DNA from: a virus
IMG/VR virus record: IMGVR_UViG_3300030238_000004
Coordinates: 1 to 41,082 of that record
DNA: 41,082 bases
Reading direction: 5' to 3' (one strand)
The notes beneath the pieces are model-generated. The model was given only the letters and a program-made list of their open reading frames with translations. It searched no databases and was not told where the DNA came from. Positions 7,826 to 16,904 of this stretch are shown piece after piece. Each line of letters begins with the position of its first letter. The first letter of the stretch is position 1. Both the position numbers and the translations under genes were made by a program.

Positions 7826-9424
7826 TCAGCCTTGAGGCATCATTGTTTGAGCTTGTTGAGCCATAGCTTCAGCAGCCATTTGACCACCAGCACCACCAGC
7901 AGATTGAGCAGCAGCCATAGTACCTTGAGCAGCAGCTTGTTCACCAAGTAGCTTCTGTTTATCTTCAGGAGTCATTAGAAGACCTGCAGTGTCGATACCC
8001 AGAGAGTTCGCTACACGCATCTTAACGTCTGCCATGTTGATATCAGGGTCCTGTAGACCAGCTAATTGAATCATGTAGTCAAGGAACATCTTGAGTTTAT
8101 TCAAGTCATGACCACGACCAAGAGCTTCCAGACCAGTTGCTACAGCAGGTTCTACCGCTTCTTTAGGAAGGTTAGGAATCTTAGAGGTTGCTTGAAGCTC
8201 TTGAAGGAGAATCTTCACGAGAGGAAGTTGTAACTCTTGGGACAATAGTGAGTAAACACCACCCAGAGTATCTTCAAGCTCTCCTGCAACATAACGGATT
8301 TCTTCAGCAGTCACACGGTCGCCACCACGTTGTACAGCAGAGTTCAACATAAAGGCATACGACAGTCGAGACTCAATATCATTCGCTACAGTCTTAGCTG
8401 TGTTGAAGTCATTGTGTTTCTCTAACTGGAATACTTCTACGTCTTGCTTACGACCAGCAACGAAGTCACCTGTCTGAGCCTTAGCTACACGACGAATCTG
8501 AGTAGTACCATTAGGGTTCACGAAGAACAATACCTTAGCACTAATCATGCTCATCTTAATGATAGCTTCGTAAAGAGACTCAAGGGACTTTAAATCGCCT
8601 AAGTATTCTTCAACGAATGAACGACCATAGTCTTCACCAGCCATCTTGATTAGACGAACAGGAATCCACGGACAAGCGTCTAAAGGATATTCACCTTCAG
8701 TACCAGCTACCATTTCACCATCAATCTCTTGATAGCTTACATACATCTTCTTCTCGTTATCACGATAGATATGCGTGTAGATAGTTAGTTCTTCAGAAGG
8801 AGTACCTTCACCAGTTTCAGACACAGACGATTGAAGGTCTTCGGGTAAAGCACCACGAGCAATCTTGTCTTCAGTAATGATTTGAAGTACGTTGTCGAAG
8901 GAGTCACGTTCAATCACAAAGTTGTGCAATTTGTAAATCTTAAGAGCAGCAGACTCATCTTCATTCTCAGGACGAGGAACATACGCTAATACGTTACCAG
9001 CCACAAGCAACTGACGGACACCATCATGTAGAGCTGGACGGTAGCTATTAGCTTCCATATAATTCATACAAATACGTTCAACCATACCTAAACCTGTAGA
9101 GATTTGTTGGATAGCTGAAGGGTCTTGAGAGGCTTGCTTAACTTCCATTTCAGAAATATTAAGTTTGAAGAATGGAGTCCCCACAGGGAACAGAGCGAGC
9201 ATCAGTTTAGATGCCAAGTTGTTTAGACCACGAGCACCGATAGATTGCCAAGGCGTAGTATAGTTAGTAGAACCTGTGTCATCTGCTTTAGGAAATAGAG
9301 CAGGAATAGTGAACTTCGCACAGTCTTCTGCACGAGTCACATAAGGAGCACGGTCGTTCTCTAAACGTTTGTACGTATTAGCAGCACCAGCAGCAGCGAA
9401 GCCTTCTTTCTTAATGTCAGCCAT
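7826..9424 (-). CDS. Portal / head-tail connector (T7 gp8-like)
   Basis: 532 aa vs 536. YKRLENDRAPYVTRA, GARGLNNLASKLMLALFP and RVTAEEIRYVAGELEDTLGGVYS parallel T7 gp8. Confidence 0.95.
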   Translation of the reverse strand: MADIKKEGFAAAGAANTYKRLENDRAPYVTRAEDCAKFTIPALFPKADDTGSTNYTTPWQSIGARGLNNLASKLMLALFPVGTPFFKLNISEMEVKQASQDPSAIQQISTGLGMVERICMNYMEANSYRPALHDGVRQLLVAGNVLAYVPRPENEDESAALKIYKLHNFVIERDSFDNVLQIITEDKIARGALPEDLQSSVSETGEGTPSEELTIYTHIYRDNEKKMYVSYQEIDGEMVAGTEGEYPLDACPWIPVRLIKMAGEDYGRSFVEEYLGDLKSLESLYEAIIKMSMISAKVLFFVNPNGTTQIRRVAKAQTGDFVAGRKQDVEVFQLEKHNDFNTAKTVANDIESRLSYAFMLNSAVQRGGDRVTAEEIRYVAGELEDTLGGVYSLLSQELQLPLVKILLQELQATSKIPNLPKEAVEPAVATGLEALGRGHDLNKLKMFLDYMIQLAGLQDPDINMADVKMRVANSLGIDTAGLLMTPEDKQKLLGEQAAAQGTMAAAQSAGGAGGQMAAEAMAQQAQTMMPQG

Positions 9425-9444
9425 TTAGAAGACCTCCTGTTTAA

Positions 9445-9747
9445 TTAAATGTTAATACCAGAACCAGAAGCACGAGAGATAGAAAGACCTTTCTTACCAC
9501 CTTTCAGTTTCTTCTTCTGAGCTGATTGCTTAGTCCCTTCAGAACCAATATCAGTCTCAGCCTGTTCAGCACCTTGACCAGCAGTTGACGCAGCCGATTG
9601 AGCAGCTTCAAGTTCAGCTTGTTCACGAGCACGTTTCTCAGCTTCTTCTTTAGCACGTTGTTCAGCGTTACGAGCTTCTTCTTCAGCCTTTGATTTGCCT
9701 GTAACTTTGTCACGAGCACGACGAAGTTCTTTACCTACTTTACCCAT
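9445..9747 (-). CDS. Tail/host-range protein (T7 gp7.3-like)
   Basis: 100 aa vs 99. Starts MGK, and the C-terminus GGKKGLSISRASGSGINI parallels T7 GGKKSLSVARSSGGGINI. Confidence 0.65.
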   Translation of the reverse strand: MGKVGKELRRARDKVTGKSKAEEEARNAEQRAKEEAEKRAREQAELEAAQSAASTAGQGAEQAETDIGSEGTKQSAQKKKLKGGKKGLSISRASGSGINI

Positions 9748-9749
9748 AG

Positions 9750-10145
9750 TTAAATCTCCTTAGTAATAATTGTTTGACGAAATGGAGAATCCCAATGAGT
9801 CCTTTGATAATACTTGCAACCAAATGTTTTAGAGAAACCCTTGACACACTCGAAGAACATCTTGTGAATCTTTCGGCTATCTACTTTCATAAAATGACAA
9901 CCTACTACACAGACATTTCCAAAGTGCATATCATAGTCTCGCATTAAGGCGAAGCAACCAACAGGTTTACCATCGTCATACACGGTGTATTCAACACGAG
10001 GACAGGCTTCAATAACATCCAACATGATGTGGTAATGTTTAGTCATACCATCTTCCTTAGCAAGATACTCAAGGAATAACTCATGGTTAACTGGATGTAA
10101 ACACTCATCTTCGTTACGTTGAATGTGTGGAATAGTAATACTCAT
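9750..10145 (-). CDS. Hypothetical protein at the T7 gene 7 position (Cys/His-rich, 131 aa)
   Basis: ATG 10145 lies 10 nt after a promoter +1. I recognise no motif; size and position resemble T7 gp7 (133 aa). Confidence 0.6.
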   Translation of the reverse strand: MSITIPHIQRNEDECLHPVNHELFLEYLAKEDGMTKHYHIMLDVIEACPRVEYTVYDDGKPVGCFALMRDYDMHFGNVCVVGCHFMKVDSRKIHKMFFECVKGFSKTFGCKYYQRTHWDSPFRQTIITKEI

Positions 10146-10149
10146 GGTA

Positions 10150-10172
10150 TTCTCCTATAGTGGATGTTAATT
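10150..10172 (-). promoter_or_regulatory. Phage RNAP promoter variant (T at -9)
   Basis: AATTAACATCCACTATAGGAGAA. Confidence 0.6.
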
Positions 10173-10404
10173 AAATAGCTTGTTTCTTAGGTGTAACAGC
10201 ATGGTTAACACCAGTTTTAGAAGGTTTCAACTCTTTAGGTTTCTTAGTAATCTTAAGAGAGTCCTTGCCAGTTTTCTTAGTGTCATTATCAGAACCACCG
10301 AACTTCACTTCACCTACAGTCTTTTCCTCATCAATAGGAGGCGGTAGTGGTGCAGGAGTTGGGGTATCAGGAATAGACACATCAGGTGCGCTAAAGAAAC
10401 ACAT
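10171..10404 (-). CDS. Virion protein (T7 gp6.7-like)
   Basis: MCFFSAP...VKFGGSDND parallels recalled T7 gp6.7 MCFSPK...VEFGGSSDE. 77 aa. Confidence 0.55.
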   Translation of the reverse strand: MCFFSAPDVSIPDTPTPAPLPPPIDEEKTVGEVKFGGSDNDTKKTGKDSLKITKKPKELKPSKTGVNHAVTPKKQAI

Positions 10405-10421
10405 AGTTGTTGTTCTCCTTG

Positions 10422-10688
10422 TTAGTTATCGAGGTAATTCTCAGTCACATCAACAAGTTCTTCATTATGACCTTCTTGATTAGTAATGATAGTACGAATC
10501 ACTGATTGAGCAAATCCAAGACCACCAAGGAAACCAAGAAGATATGCTTCAGAACGGACTACATTAGGGTCACTAAGTAAACCATCTGCAATCTGATTGT
10601 CTGAACTAAATTGTTCTAACAGGTATTCCGCAAGTGGAGCACTAAGATGAGGCACTGTGTAGTCTGGATTGTTATTTGTAATATCCAT
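10422..10688 (-). CDS. Hypothetical protein (88 aa; T7 gene 6.5 position)
   Basis: ORF with AAGAGGA RBS downstream of the promoter at 10742-10764. No recognisable motif. Confidence 0.6.
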   Translation of the reverse strand: MDITNNNPDYTVPHLSAPLAEYLLEQFSSDNQIADGLLSDPNVVRSEAYLLGFLGGLGFAQSVIRTIITNQEGHNEELVDVTENYLDN

Positions 10689-10741
10689 AATTATTTATCC
10701 TCTTAAAGTTAATCTTATAGATAGGAATCTTTTAGTCCCCC

Positions 10742-10764
10742 TCTCCCTATAGTGGGTGTTAATT
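10742..10764 (-). promoter_or_regulatory. Phage RNAP promoter (consensus)
   Basis: AATTAACACCCACTATAGGGAGA, followed by GGGGGACTAAAAG. Confidence 0.9.
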
Positions 10765-10773
10765 ACAATCATA

Positions 10774-10799
10774 AAGGCATCTAAGTGAATAGATACCTT
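10774..10799 (-). promoter_or_regulatory. Conserved intergenic stem-loop (RNase III-site-like)
   Basis: RNA AAGGUAUCUA-loop-UAGAUGCCUU, 10 bp. Flanked by the shared ACUCA / UUAUGA motifs. Confidence 0.55.
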
Positions 10800-10813
10800 G
10801 AGTTTATAACTAA

Positions 10814-11010
10814 TTATTCATTGAACAGTTTACCTTCAGGTTTACATTTACCACCGTTCTAACGTACAGCAGATGCAATCGGGTATAGGTAATGATGACC
10901 GAAGTCAAGTTTGTTAGTTACTTTACGAGCACCAGTTGGATGTTTACAGTCCCAAGTCTTCTTCTTCTTCTTCTTATCGAAGTGCTTGCAGTCTGTACAA
11001 TGTAACTCAT
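10814..11010 (-). pseudogene. Disrupted small Cys-rich ORF (start out of frame, in-frame TAG)
   Basis: The frame reading ..NELHCTDCKHFDKKKKKKTWDCKHPTGARKV...ASAVR*NGGKCKPEGKLFNE* has no ATG. The only ATG (11010) is in another frame. TAG at 10859-10861. Contains (AAG)6 at 10958-10975. Confidence 0.4.
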
Positions 11011-11028
11011 TGGTAGTAATAAAGTGAA

Positions 11029-11886
11029 TCAGTTGGTTTCAGGAGTCCATAGGATTACCTCTTTAGTCTTAAAGTTAAAGTCAGATGCACGACAGATACG
11101 AGCTACTTGAGCTTGAACCAGTAGTTCTTCTTCAGTCATACCAGCTTTTGCAGCAAGAGTAACCATGCAACTCCATAGGGTATCACCTTCTTCCATTGGG
11201 TGTTTCTTCCATTCCATTACAGATTGTCCTTTACGAGCACCCGACTTGAATACTTTCTCAGTCTGAATGAACTTGTATGGACTCTCAAGGAACGCTAAAG
11301 ATGTATCCTTACCCATGCCTTTAAGACCTGAATAACCATCTGTAGTATCGCCCATAAGCGTTTGAAGCATATGCCAGTGGTCAGCATCTTCAAGACTAAT
11401 CTGTTTGATTTCACCAGTAGTTAACCAGAAGAACTCACAAGGAATAGTGTTGAAATCTTTATCACAAGATACGATTGTAGCAGTCTTACAGCCAACCAGA
11501 GAAGGTTTAGTCGCAAGGATGCCCATACAGTCATCACCTTCAAGAGTTGGACGTAGGAAAGCATTCCAGTCTTCTACAGCCATAACTTCATCAACAAACG
11601 TCATGTAGCCTGTAGGTTTACGAGTCTTCTTACGGTTCTCTTTATAAGTCGGTAAGACACCTTTACGCCAGTTGTAAGTATCAGTGAAGCACATAACCAA
11701 CTTACTTGTTGCCCATGCTTTACGTTTAGCTACGATAGCTTTGATGGAATTGTGTAGGATATCCCATGCTTTGTTATGGTCACATTCAAGTGTCCACACA
11801 TTGTCTTCCCACTTAGTTTCAATTTCAGAAGCAGCCATAGCTTGATAAACCAAGTAGTCAGCATCAAGGATTAGAGCATGACTCAT
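11029..11886 (-). CDS. 5'-3' exonuclease (T7 gp6-like)
   Basis: LEGDDCMGILA, SCDKDFNTIP, GDTTDGYSGL and AKAGMTEE parallel T7 gp6. Confidence 0.9.
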   Translation of the reverse strand: MSHALILDADYLVYQAMAASEIETKWEDNVWTLECDHNKAWDILHNSIKAIVAKRKAWATSKLVMCFTDTYNWRKGVLPTYKENRKKTRKPTGYMTFVDEVMAVEDWNAFLRPTLEGDDCMGILATKPSLVGCKTATIVSCDKDFNTIPCEFFWLTTGEIKQISLEDADHWHMLQTLMGDTTDGYSGLKGMGKDTSLAFLESPYKFIQTEKVFKSGARKGQSVMEWKKHPMEEGDTLWSCMVTLAAKAGMTEEELLVQAQVARICRASDFNFKTKEVILWTPETN

Positions 11887-12095
11887 TATAAGCCTCCCGT
11901 TGAGTAGCAGTTAAGGAATGAATGACCTATCGTTGAAATCTTCCAGCGACCAGTAGAGTTACCATTCTCAAGACAAGTAATATGACCACGACTTGAAGCT
12001 TCAGCATAAAGAGAAGCATTGTGTCGAAAGTGATTACTTTGGAAAGTCTGAGGGTGATTCAAGATGTGTTTCAATACTTTTAGATAATTATTCAT
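11886..12095 (-). CDS. T7 gp5.7-like small protein (69 aa)
   Basis: ORF 11886..12143 trimmed to ATG 12095 (GGGGA RBS). MNNYLKVLKHILNHPQTFQSNHFRHNASLYAEASSRGHITCL resembles recalled T7 gp5.7 (also 69 aa). Confidence 0.55.
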   Translation of the reverse strand: MNNYLKVLKHILNHPQTFQSNHFRHNASLYAEASSRGHITCLENGNSTGRWKISTIGHSFLNCYSTGGL

Positions 12096-12597
12096 AGTTA
12101 TTCCCCTTTTTGAAGTGATTATAACAAACAGACTCATAGGCATCTTTACCTAATCCCTTTGTTTTATTATGTAGAATCGCAGTGCAACCACAATGGTCAC
12201 AGAACGAATGAAGATGGTCGAACTCATCAGCCAACATAAAGAGGTTACGTGAAGCAGGGAACATCTGTCCCTCAAAGTCTGAACGTAATCCAAAGCAATG
12301 AATCTCAACGTTCATCATATCTGCATATCTACGCAGCTTCTTAATGTGATGACCTTTAAGCCATTGACATTCATCTACAAAGATATACCTAACGAACTTT
12401 AAATCAGCATCTTGGAATAGAGCATCAATATGTTTACATGGACGTTTAATCCCTAAGCGAGAACTGATAGAACTGCAAGAAGTCTGAGCAGTATAAACAT
12501 CCATTGACTTCTTACCGTCTAACTGATACGCCATCTGTAAGAGCTTCGCTGATTTACCAGCATTCATAGCTCCAAAGTGGAAAACCAGCTTACCCAT
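12088..12597 (-). CDS. tdk: Thymidine kinase
   Basis: ORF 12088..12684 trimmed to ATG 12597. FGAMNAGKS P-loop, VDECQW, GLRSDFEGQMF and a C-terminal CDHCG zinc motif. Confidence 0.8.
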   Translation of the reverse strand: MGKLVFHFGAMNAGKSAKLLQMAYQLDGKKSMDVYTAQTSCSSISSRLGIKRPCKHIDALFQDADLKFVRYIFVDECQWLKGHHIKKLRRYADMMNVEIHCFGLRSDFEGQMFPASRNLFMLADEFDHLHSFCDHCGCTAILHNKTKGLGKDAYESVCYNHFKKGNNYE

Positions 12598-12598
12598 A

Positions 12599-12913
12599 TT
12601 ATTTAGCCTTAGTGATTTCAAGTACAGATTTAACTGGTGATACACGCATGAACTCAGTGTTAAACATTTCAGCGTTAGCTTCATTAAGAGTTGTACGAGT
12701 CAATAGACGAACGATTTCCATTGAGAAACCTTCAAGACCAGCAACCTTATGAGCTTCAAGAAGAAGACAGTTCTGAGCTTTAGCACGAGCATCAGCATAG
12801 TGACCACCAGCTTCTTTCTCTTGGCACATCTTAAGAGCAGCTTCCATTTGTTCCTTATCAAGAACGTGAGTAGAAGTGAAAGAGTGTTGGAAAGTGAATG
12901 TTAGTTTAGACAT
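12599..12913 (-). CDS. T7 gp5.5-like protein (104 aa)
   Basis: Position after DNAP. GLEGFSMEIVR...VSPVKSVLEI loosely parallels recalled T7 gp5.5 GMEGLMTFVVR...QSPATVREV. Confidence 0.45.
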   Translation of the reverse strand: MSKLTFTFQHSFTSTHVLDKEQMEAALKMCQEKEAGGHYADARAKAQNCLLLEAHKVAGLEGFSMEIVRLLTRTTLNEANAEMFNTEFMRVSPVKSVLEITKAK

Positions 12914-12954
12914 AATATGTCTCCTTTGTTAATTAATGATTAAGATTATTCATA

Positions 12955-12977
12955 GAAGCCACCTTAAAGATGACTTC
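12955..12977 (-). promoter_or_regulatory. Conserved intergenic stem-loop (RNase III-site-like)
   Basis: RNA GAAGUCAUC-UUUAA-GGUGGCUUC, 9 bp including G.U pairs. Confidence 0.55.
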
Positions 12978-12982
12978 GAGTA

Positions 12983-13005
12983 TATTCCTATAGTGGGTGT
13001 TTCAA
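12983..13005 (-). promoter_or_regulatory. Phage RNAP promoter overlapping the DNAP stop codon
   Basis: TTGAAACACCCACTATAGGAATA. Confidence 0.75.
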
Positions 13006-15038
13006 TGGCAAATCGCCCAGTTACCACCTTTCTTACCTTCAGTATCCAGAGGACACTTAAAGTTCCAGTGTTCACCAACTCGACGCATAGCTTCTTGAGC
13101 AATACGAATAGAGTCATCAGCAATAGCATCTGTACGACAAGCAAGTTGAGCTTCATCGTGAACCCATGCCATAAAGCAATAGTCACCGTCCCAACCGTGT
13201 TTGTAGCCAGCAGCTTTCATACCCCTGTCCCATTCCACAATCCACTTCTTACAGATTAATGCACCAGCAGACTGAAGGAGAGTGTTAAGAGCAGCATGAG
13301 GAGAACGAACGTGGACTTTACGACCATCAAGACCTTTAATCCATTTACGTTTCCATTTGATTTGCTGAGTACCACCAATCCATTTAGCTTCCTTAATGAG
13401 CACTTCTTGTACCTGTTCACGTAGAGCAGCAATAGCAGGAGTGTTATTCAGGAAGTCTTCGATTAGAGCTTTACCCCGTTTATTACCTTCGGCACCGAAA
13501 GCCCCTACGATTTGTCCAATCTTTTCAGCACCAGCCCCATATAGGAATCCGTAGATGAAGGTCTTAGCGTTATCACGAGTCGGTAGCTTTGCAGCCATTT
13601 GGTTTGCTGTATGAATGTCACCGTTAAGGATAACATCAATATACTCACCGTTATCGAAACGAGCCATGAAGTGTCCTAAACAACGAAGTTCAAGACCTGA
13701 AGCATCGACACCAACTTGTACCCAAGGTTTACCTGTAGCAAAGTCACGATGATGTTCAGCACCAAATAAGCTACGACATTCAACACCTTTGTACTTACGG
13801 ATACTTGGTACTTGAGCAAGGTTAGGGAAGCTATGAGTTGCACGACCAGTTACAGCACCATTAGGATTAACGTTACCATGAATGTATCCATCCTTTTGTA
13901 GACGTAACCATGCGTTATCACCTTCTGCAAGTTGACCGATAAGTTTCTGAATAGTCAGATACTCTTTAATCAATTCAACTTTAGGTAAGAACTCATCGGG
14001 AATTAGACCATGTTCAATAACAAGAGTCAGAGTCTCATCGTCTACAACAGGTTTACCAGCATCAGAAAATGATGTAGGAATCCAGCCACAGTCTTTAAGA
14101 ACCTTGATGATGTTATCACGAGAACTTGGATTGAATGTAATGTGTTTCAACGGAGTGAATGGAGCATCTTTAAAGTAAAGAGTCTTGCTCAGAGTTGGTT
14201 TCTTAGCAGCAGTATACATACTACCAGCTTTAGGGTACTTCACACGAGGATACTTATGCAGCTCCTTACCAGTGCGAGGGTGAAGGAAGATTTGTGTTCC
14301 TCCTTTTGGCTCATACCAAGAGCCGAATGTGGTGGTCAATTCAATAAGAATATCACTACGACGAGCAGCAGTTTCACAATACAGTCTTTCAGCAGAGTCA
14401 ACGTCAAACGCATAACCATTACGTTGTTGTTTAGCCATTAACCATGCAGCTTCATGTTCAAGTAGAACACTTTCAGATAAACCTTCAGCACCATTAGGGA
14501 AGTACCAACCATCTTTCATGAACTTGTCAAACAGTTGTCGAGTTACCTCAACGTCTTGCTTACAGTAGTCCATCATTGGTTCGTTAAACTCAACCCATGC
14601 AGCTTCTTGTTCACCATAGTCACCCTTAAAGCAACCAAGACGCATACCCCAAGCCTTTAGAGCATGAGAGCCATACATTTTACCTGTGATACGACCTGAG
14701 CGTAGAAGACCAGCATCAGTATCTTTAAGGTTTGAATGAAGAAGACGAGATATTACAAGAGTGTCCAGTACGTTCTTCTTAGGGATATTTAGATTCTTCC
14801 CGAAGTGTTTCTTCTTGAGAATCTTTAAGGCTGGATGGTCATACCCAATCCCGTTATGGAAGCAGATAAGACCACCTTCTGCAGCGCATTGTTCAAGGTC
14901 TTTGATGTAATCAGCGAAGTCTGAAGGGCGGTAAGCCTTCCATTCACCAGTGAAGTAATCAACAGTCCATGAGCAGTGAAATTTACTAACAGTGTCTAAT
15001 AGACCATCTGTTTCGATATCGGTAATGAGTAGACGCAT
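13002..15038 (-). CDS. DNA polymerase (T7 gp5-like, family A)
   Basis: Long collinear similarity to T7 gp5: NPNGAVTGRATHSFPNLAQVP, RDNAKTFIYGFLYGAG, GLDGRKVHVRSPHAALNTLLQSAGALICK, C-terminus NWAICH. Confidence 0.97.
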   Translation of the reverse strand: MRLLITDIETDGLLDTVSKFHCSWTVDYFTGEWKAYRPSDFADYIKDLEQCAAEGGLICFHNGIGYDHPALKILKKKHFGKNLNIPKKNVLDTLVISRLLHSNLKDTDAGLLRSGRITGKMYGSHALKAWGMRLGCFKGDYGEQEAAWVEFNEPMMDYCKQDVEVTRQLFDKFMKDGWYFPNGAEGLSESVLLEHEAAWLMAKQQRNGYAFDVDSAERLYCETAARRSDILIELTTTFGSWYEPKGGTQIFLHPRTGKELHKYPRVKYPKAGSMYTAAKKPTLSKTLYFKDAPFTPLKHITFNPSSRDNIIKVLKDCGWIPTSFSDAGKPVVDDETLTLVIEHGLIPDEFLPKVELIKEYLTIQKLIGQLAEGDNAWLRLQKDGYIHGNVNPNGAVTGRATHSFPNLAQVPSIRKYKGVECRSLFGAEHHRDFATGKPWVQVGVDASGLELRCLGHFMARFDNGEYIDVILNGDIHTANQMAAKLPTRDNAKTFIYGFLYGAGAEKIGQIVGAFGAEGNKRGKALIEDFLNNTPAIAALREQVQEVLIKEAKWIGGTQQIKWKRKWIKGLDGRKVHVRSPHAALNTLLQSAGALICKKWIVEWDRGMKAAGYKHGWDGDYCFMAWVHDEAQLACRTDAIADDSIRIAQEAMRRVGEHWNFKCPLDTEGKKGGNWAICH

Positions 15039-15064
15039 AATAATAATAATGTTTCCTTAATGAT

Positions 15065-15087
15065 TGTTCCTATAGTGGGTGTTAAAG
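15065..15087 (-). promoter_or_regulatory. Phage RNAP promoter upstream of DNAP
   Basis: CTTTAACACCCACTATAGGAACA. Confidence 0.8.
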
Positions 15088-15555
15088 ACTTGCATCATTC
15101 AACAGAACACCAGAGATAATAGCTTTACGTTGACTACGAGGTGAGTAGCATAACCACTTGTCCATGCCAGCTTGTTGTACTACATTGAAGTTCATACCTT
15201 CAGAGAAACCAGCTTGACGTAACTCAAGGAACTTGTCCTCATTGATACGCTTACCGATTACAACTTTAGCACCAGCGTGAATGAATTGAGGTCGGACAGT
15301 TTCTACACGGTCTTTAACCATATCTGGATGAACACTCATAGATGAGTTCATAGGTTTGATAGGTTTGTTAAAAGTAGTATTACCGCCAATGCGATTAGGT
15401 ACAGGGTTATTGAATCCCCATTTATCATCTTCTACTACTACAGCTTTAGGAGCTGGTGAATTGATAGCAATAAGAAGTTCATTAGCGACTTCCTTTTGAA
15501 CAGCTTCAAGTTTGTCAGCAAGACCACGTAGAAATTCAGGTGTTAAAGTATTCAT
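15082..15555 (-). CDS. Hypothetical protein (157 aa)
   Basis: ORF 15082..15624 trimmed to ATG 15555 (AAAGGAAAC RBS). The longer start would span the conserved hairpin. No motif recognised. Confidence 0.6.
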   Translation of the reverse strand: MNTLTPEFLRGLADKLEAVQKEVANELLIAINSPAPKAVVVEDDKWGFNNPVPNRIGGNTTFNKPIKPMNSSMSVHPDMVKDRVETVRPQFIHAGAKVVIGKRINEDKFLELRQAGFSEGMNFNVVQQAGMDKWLCYSPRSQRKAIISGVLLNDASL

Positions 15556-15591
15556 ATATTTGTTTCCTTTTATTAACAAATGACAGTAATA

Positions 15592-15613
15592 AGAGCCTCC
15601 TGAAGAAGACTCT
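15592..15613 (-). promoter_or_regulatory. Conserved intergenic stem-loop (RNase III-site-like)
   Basis: RNA AGAGUCUUC-UUCA-GGAGGCUCU, 9 bp. Confidence 0.55.
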
Positions 15614-15624
15614 GATAATATCAC

Positions 15625-16062
15625 TTAAAGATGATTTTCAATAAAACTATGCACATCAAAAGAAGGGCAAGCCTTGTCAGACACATCACAGTGTCCTTTA
15701 ACTTCTGCTTTAGGGTAAGAAGCCTTGAGAGTCTTGAGTAGAACCTTAAGTGCTTCGTATTGTTCACAAGTAAAGTTCGCATCTGCTTGACCTTGAGCGT
15801 TAATTCCACCCACAAGGCAAACTGCCACACTATCGCCATTATAACCATAAGCATGAGCACCAACAACGTTAACTGGACGACCATCTTCAATAACTCCATT
15901 GCGACGAATCACAAAGTGATAACCAATGTCCAACCAACCATTGTCAGATTTATGCCAGATACGAATATCACGAGCACCAATATCTTGAGTAGGTTTGGTT
16001 GCACTACAATGCACAAAGATTACATTAGTCTCTGTACGTTCTTTAAATTTAACTTTAGCCAT
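15625..16062 (-). CDS. N-acetylmuramoyl-L-alanine amidase (T7 lysozyme gp3.5-like)
   Basis: FVHCSATKP, WLDIGYHFVI, VCLVGGI and KACPSFD parallel T7 gp3.5. Confidence 0.95.
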   Translation of the reverse strand: MAKVKFKERTETNVIFVHCSATKPTQDIGARDIRIWHKSDNGWLDIGYHFVIRRNGVIEDGRPVNVVGAHAYGYNGDSVAVCLVGGINAQGQADANFTCEQYEALKVLLKTLKASYPKAEVKGHCDVSDKACPSFDVHSFIENHL

Positions 16063-16516
16063 TGTGTTTGTCTCCTGTTAATTCAAGGAGAGCAGCTTTA
16101 GATTTTACATTTGTCTTTTCCTTTAGCCATTCGGTTGGGATTAGTTTATCTGCGAATTTAAAGCCATTCTTAATACACCAATCTGCATAAGTGGTCTTAG
16201 AGCCTTTGTAAAGCTTGGTAGCACTACGAGAGAACACAAAGCGTAGGTCTAATTCTGGATGCTGTTCTTTTAGAAGCAAATGCTTCTGTCTATCAGCTAC
16301 ATCAAATAGACCTTTAGACTCAATAAGGATACCATTAGGTAACACAAAGTCTACACAGTATTTGTGATTGGTTTGGGGTTTAACATAAGGAATCTTGTAT
16401 GCTTCATATTCAGCATTGACTCCTGCTTTTTCAAGTTGCTCAGAGATTTTAACCTCCAAGCCACTTCGATATGCGCTCACAGTGTGTTTACGAGCGTAGA
16501 AATTAGGTCGTGCCAT
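16055..16516 (-). CDS. Endonuclease I / Holliday junction resolvase (T7 gp3-like)
   Basis: AYRSGLEVKISEQLE, PNGILIESKGL, LLLKEQHPELDLRFVFS and KLYKGS..Y parallel T7 gp3. Confidence 0.95.
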   Translation of the reverse strand: MARPNFYARKHTVSAYRSGLEVKISEQLEKAGVNAEYEAYKIPYVKPQTNHKYCVDFVLPNGILIESKGLFDVADRQKHLLLKEQHPELDLRFVFSRSATKLYKGSKTTYADWCIKNGFKFADKLIPTEWLKEKTNVKSKAALLELTGDKHNG

Positions 16517-16904
16517 AATCTTCCTCCTTTGATATTAAATATATATGAGAGCGAGACACTCCATAAATATCAGCTAACTCTTTTTGAGTCTTACCAGTGG
16601 ATAGGTAGATTTCTTTGACTTGTTCTTCTGTTAAGCGTGAACGTGGGTGTTCTGTGCCTTTTAGAACAACTTTACGACCAGCGTTAATCATATCATAGAC
16701 ATTATCCTTTTGAGTACCTAACTCAAGGTGTTCTGGATTGATACAAGAGGGGTTATGACATTTATGACGAACTACCAGACCATCAGGGATTTCTCCTTTA
16801 TTAATCTGGTAGGAATGTCTATGAGCAAGGACTGTTTTAGCCCCTACTCGTTGTACACCGTAACCATGCTTGTTTTTGTAACCTTTGAAGATTACACAAG
16901 ACAT
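16503..16904 (-). CDS. HNH homing endonuclease with C-terminal HTH
   Basis: VLAHRHSYQINKGEIPDGLVVRHKCHNPSCINPEHLELGT. Inserted between SSB and endonuclease I, with the ATG abutting the SSB stop. Confidence 0.8.
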   Translation of the reverse strand: MSCVIFKGYKNKHGYGVQRVGAKTVLAHRHSYQINKGEIPDGLVVRHKCHNPSCINPEHLELGTQKDNVYDMINAGRKVVLKGTEHPRSRLTEEQVKEIYLSTGKTQKELADIYGVSRSHIYLISKEEDYGTT

